In this document: positions 18,080-27,073 of the stretch, in pieces | Layout of the letters: each line of letters starts with the position of its first letter | Numbering within the stretch: position 1 is the first letter of the stretch | Assembly: GCA_045660565.1 (NCBI GenBank) | Contig: JAZRDX010000180.1 | Coordinates: forward strand, 1-39,641 | From: Eubacteriales bacterium | Lineage (GTDB): Bacteria; Bacillota; Clostridia; Oscillospirales; CAG-272 | Length of the DNA stretch: 39,641 nucleotides | Direction: 5' to 3' | Position numbers and translations under genes: made by a program | Notes under the pieces: model-generated | Database searches by the model: none | Seen by the model: the letters and a program-made list of their open reading frames with translations, nothing else | What the model was told of the DNA's origin: nothing

Positions 18080-19003
18080 ATGGCAGTTATAACAGCAAAA
18101 ATGGTTGCCGAGCTCAGAGCTATGACCGGCTGCGGCATAATGGATTGTAAAAAGGCTCTCGTAGAAACCGACGGTAACTACGAAGAGGCAGTAAAGGTTC
18201 TCCGTGAGAAGGGACTTGCAAAGGCAGACGCAAAGCAGTCCAGAATCGCTTCCGAGGGACTTGTTGACATCATGCTTTCCGACGATAAGAGCACGGCGGT
18301 TATGATGGAAGTTAACACCGAGACAGACTTCGTTGCGAAGAACGAAAAGTTCCAGAGCTACGTAAAGGGACTTCTCCGCACCGTTCTCGCTTGCAAGCCC
18401 GCTGACGTTGAGGCTCTTAAGGCATGCAAGTACGACGGCACCGAGGATACCGTTGAGGTAACTCTTAAGGAGCAGACCTTCATTATAGGTGAGAAGCTCA
18501 GCATCCGCCGCTTCATCATCAAAGAGGGAATTATGTCCACCTATATCCACGGTAAGGGAAGCATGGGTGTTATCATAAACTTCGACACCGACGTAGCAGA
18601 CAAGGAAGGCTTTGCGGAGTACGCAAAGAACATCGCTCTCCAGCTCGCAGCTAACCCCTGTGAGTACGTTGATCGCGACGCAGTTCCGCAGTCCGCTATC
18701 GATGCTGAGCTTGAGATCATCATGGCTCAGATAAAGAACGATCCTAAGAACGCTTCTAAGCCCGAGCAGATTATCCAGAAGATGGCTATGGGTAAGATGG
18801 GCAAGTACTACGAGGAGCACTGCCTCGTTGTCCAGGGCTACGTTAAGGACGACGCCATGACCGTTGCTAAGTACACCGAGGCAACCGCAAAAGAGCTTGG
18901 CGGCTCCATCAAGATAGTAGGCTTTGCTTGCTTCACTAAGGGCGAAGGTCTTGAAAAGAGAGAGGAAAACTTCGGCGACGAAATAGCAAAAATGCTTAAA
19001 TAA
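18080..19003 (+). CDS. tsf: Elongation factor Ts
   Basis: VAELRAMTG..MDCKKAL, EVNTETDFVAKN, IGEKLSIRRF, YIH; ATG 18080 with GGAG RBS. Confidence 0.98.
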   Translation: MAVITAKMVAELRAMTGCGIMDCKKALVETDGNYEEAVKVLREKGLAKADAKQSRIASEGLVDIMLSDDKSTAVMMEVNTETDFVAKNEKFQSYVKGLLRTVLACKPADVEALKACKYDGTEDTVEVTLKEQTFIIGEKLSIRRFIIKEGIMSTYIHGKGSMGVIINFDTDVADKEGFAEYAKNIALQLAANPCEYVDRDAVPQSAIDAELEIIMAQIKNDPKNASKPEQIIQKMAMGKMGKYYEEHCLVVQGYVKDDAMTVAKYTEATAKELGGSIKIVGFACFTKGEGLEKREENFGDEIAKMLK

Positions 19004-19045
19004 TCGCTTTCGGGGTTAAATCCAAACGCTGATTTTTAATAACGC

Positions 19046-19078
19046 AACAGGCTTCTGCAAGCGCGGAAGCCTGTTTTT
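19046..19078 (+). terminator. Intrinsic terminator after tsf
   Basis: AACAGGCTTCTGC-AAGC-GCGGAAGCCTGTT followed by TTT. Confidence 0.85.
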
Positions 19079-19275
19079 GTGTTGTTAAAATATGTGTGGA
19101 GCATAATTTGTTACGGGATGATATCAATGTGAAAAAAGAGATATTTCCCCGGCTTTAACACTCTTGTGCGTCATCGCTTTTATCGCGATTTTTCACGTGT
19201 GTAAGGGTGGTTTTGTAAAGATGCGAAGAGATAGTTAATATTAACAATTTTTTCAAATATAAATCGGTAAAACCC

Positions 19276-19304
19276 TTGCATTTTCGCGTGTTATATATTA
19301 TAAT
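19276..19304 (+). promoter_or_regulatory. Sigma-A promoter of the sugar epimerase gene
   Basis: TTGCAT-17 nt-TATAAT; RBS AAAGGAG downstream. Confidence 0.7.
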
Positions 19305-19357
19305 ATATATAATGGGTTAATTATATATTTTTATAACTTAAAAAGGAGCGCGCGAAA

Positions 19358-20212
19358 ATGGAAATTTCAACTCAGACAAGTCCCTTTGATCTGTACGGTG
19401 ATAACAAGGCTATTGTAAAGCTTTTGAAGGATAGCGGCTTTACCGCATACGATATGAGTATGTACAGCCACGAGAAAAACGAGCACGCGATGATTGATTT
19501 TGACGACTATAAAGAAAGAGCCGCCGAACTGAGAAAATACGCGGATAGCATCGGTATAAAATGTAATCAGTCCCACGCCCCGTTCCCTTCGGCTAAAAAG
19601 GGAAACGAGGAGTACAATAAATACATTTTCCCATACCTCGTAAGAGCGATAGAGGTCAGCGGTATCCTCGGTGCAACCACCTGCGTTATTCACCCCTGCA
19701 ACGATTACACAGCGGAGGAGAATGCCGAGCTTTACGGTGCGCTTGAGGAATATGCGGAAAAGAGCGGAGTGAAGATCTGTACCGAAAATATGTTCAACTG
19801 GGACAGAGAGAATAACCGTCCGTGCTTCGCGGCATGCGCAACGGCGAAGGATTTCTGCGATCACCTCGCGCTGCTTGACGAAAAGAACTTCGGAGCATGT
19901 CTTGACCTCGGACACGGTGAGATAATGGGAGATATAGTGAGCACGGTCGAGCTTATACGAGCGCTTGGCGACAGACTTATCGCTCTTCATATCCATGATA
20001 ACGATAAGCGCTTCGATCTTCACAATCTTCCGTATACGGGCAAGGTCGATTACAAAGCGATCCTTGCGGCGCTTAAGGAAATCGGATACAAGGGCGATAT
20101 AACCTTTGAGTCGGGTTGCTCCATAAAACGCCTTCCGGTAGAGCTTTACCCGGCGGGCGCAAGATTTATGGCTGAAATGGGTAAATACTTTAAGAGCGTT
20201 TTGTCTGAATAA
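19358..20212 (+). CDS. Sugar phosphate isomerase/epimerase (xylose isomerase-like TIM barrel)
   Basis: QSHAPF, VIHP, TENM, CLDLGH, LHIHDND, DLHNLP, TFE metal-binding pattern. Confidence 0.85.
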   Translation: MEISTQTSPFDLYGDNKAIVKLLKDSGFTAYDMSMYSHEKNEHAMIDFDDYKERAAELRKYADSIGIKCNQSHAPFPSAKKGNEEYNKYIFPYLVRAIEVSGILGATTCVIHPCNDYTAEENAELYGALEEYAEKSGVKICTENMFNWDRENNRPCFAACATAKDFCDHLALLDEKNFGACLDLGHGEIMGDIVSTVELIRALGDRLIALHIHDNDKRFDLHNLPYTGKVDYKAILAALKEIGYKGDITFESGCSIKRLPVELYPAGARFMAEMGKYFKSVLSE

Positions 20213-20332
20213 GAACTGAAACGCCGATAAGCCGTAAATCCGGATTTAATGCCTTGATTTACGGTATCGGTATGTAAACTGCAATTAATAAAATTTAATA
20301 TATAATTGTTTTCGAAAGGACGGTAAGACACA

Positions 20333-21043
20333 GTGGAAAAGAACGCATACAAACGAGTCCTTCTTAAGCTCTCGGGAGAGGCTTTGGCAGACGGCTCAAA
20401 CGGACTTTACAATTATGAGTTCATTGATAAGGTAACGGCTGAAATCAAAAAGTGTACCGAGCTTGGAACCGAGGTCGCGATAGTAATTGGCGGCGGCAAC
20501 ATCTGGCGAGGCAGACAGGGCGGCGGAATGGACAGAGTTCGCGCCGACAAAATGGGAATGCTCGCGACGGTTATGAATTCGATAGCAGTTCAGGATTCCC
20601 TTATCGGACACGGAGTTGACGCAAGAATAATGACTCCTATCGTAATACAGGGAGTAACCGAGCAGTTCTCGAGAGACGAGGCTATTCGCTATCTTGAAAG
20701 CGGAAAGGTCGTTATATTCGGAGCGGGAACAGGAAGTCCGTTCTTCTCAACCGATACGGGAGCGCTTCTCCGCGCGGCTGAGATAAAGGCTGATGCGGCG
20801 CTGTTCGCAAAGAATATAGACGGTGTTTACACCGCGGACCCGAAAAAGGATCCGACCGCAACGAAGATAGATAACATTACATACGACGAAATTATCGAAA
20901 AGCGTCTCGGTGTTATAGATTTAACCGCGGCGGTATTCGGAATGGATAATAAAATGCAGGTCCTTCTTTTCGGACTTGCCTGCCCCGAGAACATAGTAAA
21001 AGCGGTAAAGGGCGAAAAGATAGGAACGCTCCTTACTCCGTAA
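20333..21043 (+). CDS. pyrH: UMP kinase
   Basis: YKRVLLKLSGEAL, GGGNIWRG, MGMLATVMN, GTGSPFFSTD, DGVYTADP; GTG start. Confidence 0.97.
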   Translation: MEKNAYKRVLLKLSGEALADGSNGLYNYEFIDKVTAEIKKCTELGTEVAIVIGGGNIWRGRQGGGMDRVRADKMGMLATVMNSIAVQDSLIGHGVDARIMTPIVIQGVTEQFSRDEAIRYLESGKVVIFGAGTGSPFFSTDTGALLRAAEIKADAALFAKNIDGVYTADPKKDPTATKIDNITYDEIIEKRLGVIDLTAAVFGMDNKMQVLLFGLACPENIVKAVKGEKIGTLLTP

Positions 21044-21204
21044 AATTACGGTAAGTAATAAAAAGCGAGCTCTTTTATACCGTGAATCGGTACCGAAGCA
21101 GTTTTGGTTAAAATAATGAGCTTGTAAAAAAATATTGCTTAAGAAAAGCAACGTTTGGTTTAAAATTAAAAATTAAAATATATAATTTCGAAAGGAAAAA
21201 TACC

Positions 21205-21759
21205 ATGAAACTTAACACTAAGGAATTTGAAGAAAAAATGCAGAAATCCGTTGCAGGCTTTGAAAAGGAGCTTACAACAATCAGAGCGGGAAGAGCTAAC
21301 CCCGCCGTTCTTGACAAAATAACCGTTGATTACTACGGAAGCCCCACGCAGATAAGCGGAGTTGCATCCGTATCTCTCCCCGATGCAAGAACCATAATGA
21401 TCGCTCCCTGGGATATGTCCCTTTTAAAGCAGATCGAGAAGGCTATACTTGCGTCAGACCTTGGAATAATTCCTCAGAACGACGGTAAGGCTCTCCGTCT
21501 TGCATTCCCGCCGCTTACCGAGGACAGAAGAAAGGATATTGCAAAGCAGATCCAGAAAATGACCGAGGACGCAAAGGTATCCATCAGAAATATCCGCAGA
21601 GACGCTAACGATAAGTGCAAGGATATGAAGAAGAAGAGCGAGATGACCGAGGACGAGCAGAAGGCGTCCGAAAAGCAGATCCAGGACCTTACGGATAAGT
21701 ACACTAAGAACCTTGAGAAGATCTGCGCAGACAAGGAAAAAGAAATAATGTCTATCTAA
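21205..21759 (+). CDS. frr: Ribosome recycling factor
   Basis: IRAGRANP, DYYG, PQNDG, PPLTEDRRK, IRNIRRD. Confidence 0.98.
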   Translation: MKLNTKEFEEKMQKSVAGFEKELTTIRAGRANPAVLDKITVDYYGSPTQISGVASVSLPDARTIMIAPWDMSLLKQIEKAILASDLGIIPQNDGKALRLAFPPLTEDRRKDIAKQIQKMTEDAKVSIRNIRRDANDKCKDMKKKSEMTEDEQKASEKQIQDLTDKYTKNLEKICADKEKEIMSI

Positions 21760-21782
21760 ACCCCGAAAAGGATTTTGGTTTT

Positions 21783-22520
21783 ATGAACGAAGGTATCGAT
21801 TATCCGGTATACGACGAAAGCGGACGGCTTTTACGCGTAAGCTCAGATCTCAGACACATCGCCTTTATCATGGACGGTAACGGCAGATGGGCTAAAGCGA
21901 GAGGGAAGCGCCGCGAGTTCGGTCATGCCGAAGGCGCAAAGGCGTTTGAACGCGTGGTTGAGTACTGCGACAAAGTAGGATTTCAAGCGGTAACCGTTTA
22001 CGCTTTTTCGACCGAGAACTGGAAAAGACCGAAGGAAGAGGTCGCAAAAATAATGTCGCTGCTTGAAAAATATCTCGACAGACTTTTAGCAAAGGTGTCG
22101 GAATATAACGTAAGGGTAAAATTCATAGGCGACAGGGAGCCTCTTTCCGAAAAGCTTAAGATTAAAATGCAGAGAGCGGAAAAAAGCACCGAAGGAAAAA
22201 GAATGCTGCTTAATATAGCGCTTAACTATGGAAGCCGCGCGGAAATAACCGCGGCGGTAAATAAGCTTATAGACAGCGGTGCGGAAAGGGTAACCGAGGA
22301 AGACATTTCCGGAGCTCTTTATACCGCAGAAGCTCCCGATCCCGACCTTATTGTAAGAACGGCGGGAGAGGAGCGTCTTTCAAACTTTCTTATGTGGCAG
22401 GCGGCGTACTCGGAGCTTTATTTTACCGACGTGCTGTGGCCGGACATAACCGATGCCGACGTTGAAAAGGCAATAAATAATTACTATAAACGTACCAGAA
22501 GGTACGGAGGACTTGTATAG
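21783..22520 (+). CDS. uppS: Undecaprenyl diphosphate synthase
   Basis: HIAFIMDGNGRWA, YAFSTENWKRP, LNYGSR, RTAGEERLSNF. Confidence 0.97.
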   Translation: MNEGIDYPVYDESGRLLRVSSDLRHIAFIMDGNGRWAKARGKRREFGHAEGAKAFERVVEYCDKVGFQAVTVYAFSTENWKRPKEEVAKIMSLLEKYLDRLLAKVSEYNVRVKFIGDREPLSEKLKIKMQRAEKSTEGKRMLLNIALNYGSRAEITAAVNKLIDSGAERVTEEDISGALYTAEAPDPDLIVRTAGEERLSNFLMWQAAYSELYFTDVLWPDITDADVEKAINNYYKRTRRYGGLV

Positions 22521-22543
22521 TCCGGGAGAAAGGAAGTAATATT

Positions 22544-23380
22544 ATGGCGAGGCGAATAATAACGGCGCTTGTGGGAATAGCGGTGCTTATCCCGTTTATA
22601 ATTTTTTCAAAGACGTGGCCTATTCTGGTATTTACAACTTTGCTTTCCACGATAGCGGTATGGGAGATAATTTCCTGCGTAGGACATAATAAAAAATGGC
22701 ACGTTCTGGTACCGTCATTTGCGGTAAACATCGCGGTTCAGGTTTTAACGAGAATATTAAGCGATGACGCATACCTTACGGCAGCGCTGCTTATCTATCT
22801 CGGATTTTCGGTACTGATAATGACCGAGGCTGTGTTCTCTAAGGGAAGCTTTAAGCTTTCCGAGGCGACACAGATAGGAATGATGGTTATATACCAGAGT
22901 TTCGGATTTGCCGCTCTCGTTCTGCTTCGCGATTTTGATCCGAATAACGGACTGTACCTCTTCCTTCTCGCGTTCCTTATTCCCTGGGTTTGCGATGCGG
23001 CGGCTTATTTCGTAGGCGTATTCTTCGGCAAACATAAGATGATACCCGACGTAAGCCCCAAAAAAACGGTAGAAGGAGCGATTGGCGGAATTGTAGGAGT
23101 AGTAATATCCGCGGTGATATTCGGTCTCATAATGCAGTTTGGCTTCGGAAAAACCACGAACTACTTCATGCTTGTTACCATATCTCTTGTCGGCGGCTTT
23201 GTCAGCCAGTGGGGAGACCTTATTGCTTCGCTTCTTAAGAGAGAATACTCCATTAAGGATTACGGAAAGATTTTCCCCGGACACGGCGGCATAATGGACA
23301 GATTTGATTCAATGATTGCCGTTTCCATATTCGTTTACATTGTTTGCCGCGCCTTTGCGGCTTATCCGCTCTTTTCCTGA
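22544..23380 (+). CDS. cdsA: Phosphatidate cytidylyltransferase
   Basis: Multi-TM protein; SPKKTVEG, GDLIASLLKR..IKDYG..PGHGGIMDRFDS. Confidence 0.97.
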   Translation: MARRIITALVGIAVLIPFIIFSKTWPILVFTTLLSTIAVWEIISCVGHNKKWHVLVPSFAVNIAVQVLTRILSDDAYLTAALLIYLGFSVLIMTEAVFSKGSFKLSEATQIGMMVIYQSFGFAALVLLRDFDPNNGLYLFLLAFLIPWVCDAAAYFVGVFFGKHKMIPDVSPKKTVEGAIGGIVGVVISAVIFGLIMQFGFGKTTNYFMLVTISLVGGFVSQWGDLIASLLKREYSIKDYGKIFPGHGGIMDRFDSMIAVSIFVYIVCRAFAAYPLFS

Positions 23381-23461
23381 CACTTAAGGAAATCAGCGTG
23401 AAGTCCATAGTGAAGGAAAGAGTATTTCGCGGTTGCCTAGCGAGACAGAATGAGGGTTATT

Positions 23462-24610
23462 ATGGAAAATAAAGTTATAGCTGTTCTCGGCGCGACAGGT
23501 TCTATCGGTACGCAGTCGCTTGACGTAGCCAGAAAAAACGGATATACGGTAGATGCGATAAGCTGCTGTCGCGACATAAAGAAAGCGGAAGAGATTATAA
23601 GAGAGTTTAAGGTTAAGCTTTGCGCAGTAGAGCATCCCGAGCTTGCGTGGAGCCTTAGACGTTCAATAAAAGATACAGACTGTAAGGTTATATCGGGCCT
23701 CGGCTCGGCGGGCGTTGTAGCCACCGAGACAAAGGCAGATACGGTGATAAACGCGGTTACCGGAATAGCGGGACTTATGCCGACGGTCAGAACGCTCGAG
23801 GCGGGCAAAGACCTCGCGCTCGCCAATAAAGAAAGCTTGGTTACTGCGGGTGCGTATGTAATGGCGCTTGCGGGAAAGAATAATAAAGAGATATTGCCGG
23901 TTGACAGTGAGCACTGTGCGGTATGGCAGTCTCTTAAGGCCGGAAAGCGCGATGAGGTCAAAAGAATAATACTTACAGCGTCGGGCGGTCCCTTTTTCTC
24001 TTTCAGTAAAGAAAAGCTCGCGTCGGTTACACCTGCCGAGGCTTTAAACCACCCAACGTGGAATATGGGTGCTAAGATAACTATCGACAGCGCAACCCTT
24101 ATGAATAAAGGCTTTGAGGTTATAGAGGCGGCATGGCTTTTCGGAGTACCCGCGGAAAAAATCGACGTTATTGTACACCGCGAAAGCATAATTCACTCAA
24201 TGGTGGAATATAACGATAATATGATAATAGCTCAGCTCGGCGCACCGGATATGCGCTCCTGCATACAGTACGCGCTGACCTATCCCGAAAGACGTGAGTC
24301 GGTAGCGCAGCAGCTTGATTTTGCGAAGCTTTCAAAGCTTACATTCTTTGAGCCTGATACCGAGACCTTCCCGCTTCTCGCGCTTGCGAAAAAGGTTCTT
24401 ACGCTTGGCGGAAGCTACGGCGCGGCGCTTAACGGCGCAAACGAGCAGGCAGTATCGCTGTTCCTTGACGGAAAAATTACCCTTCCGCGTCTTTTCGAGC
24501 TGGTTGAAAGCGCAACCCTTTCCGTAGGAAGCGGAAAAGAAATTTCGCTTGACGATGTTTTCGAAGCAGACAGAGCGGCGAGAGCATACGTAAGAGAGAA
24601 GGCGAAATGA
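23462..24610 (+). CDS. dxr: 1-deoxy-D-xylulose-5-phosphate reductoisomerase
   Basis: LGATGSIG, LANKESLV, PVDSEH, TASGGPF, HPTWNMGAKITIDSATLMNKG; alternative start at 23450. Confidence 0.97.
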   Translation: MENKVIAVLGATGSIGTQSLDVARKNGYTVDAISCCRDIKKAEEIIREFKVKLCAVEHPELAWSLRRSIKDTDCKVISGLGSAGVVATETKADTVINAVTGIAGLMPTVRTLEAGKDLALANKESLVTAGAYVMALAGKNNKEILPVDSEHCAVWQSLKAGKRDEVKRIILTASGGPFFSFSKEKLASVTPAEALNHPTWNMGAKITIDSATLMNKGFEVIEAAWLFGVPAEKIDVIVHRESIIHSMVEYNDNMIIAQLGAPDMRSCIQYALTYPERRESVAQQLDFAKLSKLTFFEPDTETFPLLALAKKVLTLGGSYGAALNGANEQAVSLFLDGKITLPRLFELVESATLSVGSGKEISLDDVFEADRAARAYVREKAK

Positions 24611-24638
24611 ATAACTTTCCCTATAAAAGGAGTACCTG

Positions 24639-25691
24639 ATGGAAACATTTAAGGTTTTTCTGATAACCGTGATAGTATTTGGCGTTCTTATATTTGTTCA
24701 CGAGCTTGGACATTTTATAGCCGCAAGAATATTCGGCGTCCGTGTAAACGAGTTCGCGATAGGTATGGGACCGAAGATTTTTTCACATAAAGGTAAAAAA
24801 AGCGGTACTCTTTATACCCTTCGTCTCCTACCGATAGGCGGTTATAACAGTATGGAGGGTGAGGACGGAGACGGTAGCGGCGCGGAGGATTCATTCTGCG
24901 CAAAGCCTGTCTGGCAGAGAATGATAATAATAGTGTCGGGAGCGCTTATGAATATACTCCTCGGCTTTATTATCATGTCTGTAATAGTTCTTACGACAAA
25001 AAATTACGCATCAAACGTTATAGACGTTTTCGTAAAGAGCGAGGGAATGACCGAATACCCGACGGAATACGGAGGGCTTAAATCGGGCGATAAAATAGTA
25101 AAAATCAACGGCGACAGAGTTCATATAGCCGACGAGGTTTCCTACGCGATTTTTAACGAGGGCGGAGAACCCGTGAAGGTTACCGTTATAAGAGACGGTA
25201 AAAAGCAAGTTATTGAGAACGTACAGTTTCCTACGGCAGAGAGCGGCGGCGTTGTTTACGGTGTACGTAATTTCTACTTTAAGGTAGAGCCAAAAAATCT
25301 CGGCAGTACGCTTAAGCATACCTTTTACGGAAGCATAAATTCTATGGTGCAGATATTCGATTCGCTTAAAGGAATCGTATCGGGAAAATACGGCTTTAAG
25401 GACGTTTCGGGTCCGATAGGTGTCGGAGAAGCAATAGGCGAGGCGGCGAAGATAGGACCTTCAACACTGCTTACGCTTACAGTCCTTCTCGCGATGAATC
25501 TCGGCATATTTAACCTGCTTCCCATTCCCGCGCTTGACGGAGGAAGACTTGTTTTCCTTATTATCGAAGCGATAAGAAGAAAGCCGCTCCCGAAGGACGT
25601 TGAGGCGACGGTTAACGGAGTCGGAATGCTTATTCTGCTCGGACTTGTTGTCGTAGTTGCGTTTAAAGACGTCTTTATGATCTTTAATTAA
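24639..25691 (+). CDS. rseP: Site-2 intramembrane metalloprotease RseP/RasP
   Basis: HELGH, FAIGMGP, PDZ-like region, NLLPIPALDGG. Confidence 0.93.
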   Translation: METFKVFLITVIVFGVLIFVHELGHFIAARIFGVRVNEFAIGMGPKIFSHKGKKSGTLYTLRLLPIGGYNSMEGEDGDGSGAEDSFCAKPVWQRMIIIVSGALMNILLGFIIMSVIVLTTKNYASNVIDVFVKSEGMTEYPTEYGGLKSGDKIVKINGDRVHIADEVSYAIFNEGGEPVKVTVIRDGKKQVIENVQFPTAESGGVVYGVRNFYFKVEPKNLGSTLKHTFYGSINSMVQIFDSLKGIVSGKYGFKDVSGPIGVGEAIGEAAKIGPSTLLTLTVLLAMNLGIFNLLPIPALDGGRLVFLIIEAIRRKPLPKDVEATVNGVGMLILLGLVVVVAFKDVFMIFN

Positions 25692-25709
25692 AACGGAGCA
25701 TACCGTCTT

Positions 25710-25860
25710 GTAGGGACCGGCGTCCCCGACGGTCCGAAAATGTAGGTACCGACATTCCCAACGGAAAAATGTAGGGACCGGCGTCCCCGACGGTCCGAAA
25801 ATGTAGGTACCGACATTCCCACAGAAAAAATGTAGGGACCGACGTCCCCGACGGTCCGAA
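25710..25860 (+). repeat. Tandem GTAG-REP array with a 61-bp period (A-B-A-B-A)
   Basis: GTAGGGACCGRCGTCCCCGACGGTCCGAAA at 25710, 25771 and 25832, alternating with GTAGGTACCGACATTCCCA at 25742 and 25803. Confidence 0.92.
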
Positions 25861-25895
25861 ACAAAAATCACAATACGTTTTTTATGGAAGATAAT

Positions 25896-26960
25896 ATGAT
25901 TATAAAAAGAAGACAAACCAAAACGGTAAAGGTTGGTTCACTGTTTATAGGAAGTGAAAGCCCGATAAGCGTTCAGTCTATGGCAAATACGTCGGCTTCC
26001 GACCTTGACGCCTGCGTAAAGCAAGCACTGATTATGCAGGAGGCGGGCTGTGATATATTCAGATTTGCCGTACCGGAAAAGGGCGCGGCAAAGGTCTTTG
26101 AGCTTTGCAAAAACGCGGGTGTAACCATGCCGCTTGTCGCGGATATACATTTCGACTACAAAATTGCTCTTGAATGTGCCGATGCGGGCGCGGATAAGAT
26201 TCGCATAAATCCCGGTAATATCGGTTCGGACGACAGAGTTAAAGAGGTAGTAAAGGCTTGCAGAAGAAACGGACTTCCGATAAGAATAGGGGTTAATTCC
26301 GGTTCTCTTGAAAAGGAGATACTTGAAAAATACGGCTCTCCTACACCGGAGGCACTTGCTGAAAGCGCGCTTTATCATGCCTCGCTTCTTGAAAGGTTCG
26401 ACTTCTATGATACCGTAATTTCAATAAAAGCGTCAAACCCCGTTGATATGATAGCGGCAAATAAGATTTTAGCCGATAAATGCGATTACCCGTTACATAT
26501 CGGAGTTACCGAGGCGGGCAGCGAAAAACAGGGAACACTGAAAAGTGCGATAGGTATAGGCGCGCTTCTTGCCGAGGGAATAGGAGACACGGTGAGAGTC
26601 TCGCTTACCGATAATCCCGTAAAGGAAATCGAAGCGGCAAGAAATATTTTAAAAGCGGTAGGGTACGGCAAAAACGGAATAAACCTCGTTTCCTGTCCCA
26701 CCTGCGGAAGAACCGCAATAGATCTCATCTCACTTGTTAAGGAGTTTGAGGAAAGAGAAAACGAAATAACTACAAAAACCGCGCTAAAGGTCGCGCTTAT
26801 GGGCTGTGTTGTAAACGGTCCGGGTGAGGCAAGAGAGGCGGATATAGGAATTGCCGGCGGTAAGGGCGAGGCACTTCTTATAAAAAAAGGTGAAATAATA
26901 AGAAAGATACCGGAAGAAAAGATAATAGATGAGCTTATAGCTGAAATAAACAGAATGTAA
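25896..26960 (+). CDS. ispG: HMBPP synthase IspG (GcpE)
   Basis: ISVQSM, LVADIHF, RINPGNIG, RIGVNSGSL, SCPTCGR, MGCVVNGPGEA; alternative start at 25884. Confidence 0.97.
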   Translation: MIIKRRQTKTVKVGSLFIGSESPISVQSMANTSASDLDACVKQALIMQEAGCDIFRFAVPEKGAAKVFELCKNAGVTMPLVADIHFDYKIALECADAGADKIRINPGNIGSDDRVKEVVKACRRNGLPIRIGVNSGSLEKEILEKYGSPTPEALAESALYHASLLERFDFYDTVISIKASNPVDMIAANKILADKCDYPLHIGVTEAGSEKQGTLKSAIGIGALLAEGIGDTVRVSLTDNPVKEIEAARNILKAVGYGKNGINLVSCPTCGRTAIDLISLVKEFEERENEITTKTALKVALMGCVVNGPGEAREADIGIAGGKGEALLIKKGEIIRKIPEEKIIDELIAEINRM

Positions 26961-27073
26961 GCAGAAAAATTCTATCGAAAATTTCAGGTGTCGGGATCAG
27001 ATGTTCCACGAACAAACGGAACGGTTGTGAAAAAAACAGATAAAAACGAAAACAAAGGAAAGGGGAAAAGGCA

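Noticed and set aside
23381-23461. GAAGGAAAGAGTA resembling the start of a T-box stem I before dxr
   Set aside because: Only about 80 bp, with no T-box consensus or terminator.
25710-25860. Possible mini CRISPR array
   Set aside because: The 'spacers' are near-identical to each other and homologous to the repeat; no cas genes; the GTAG-hairpin form fits REPs.
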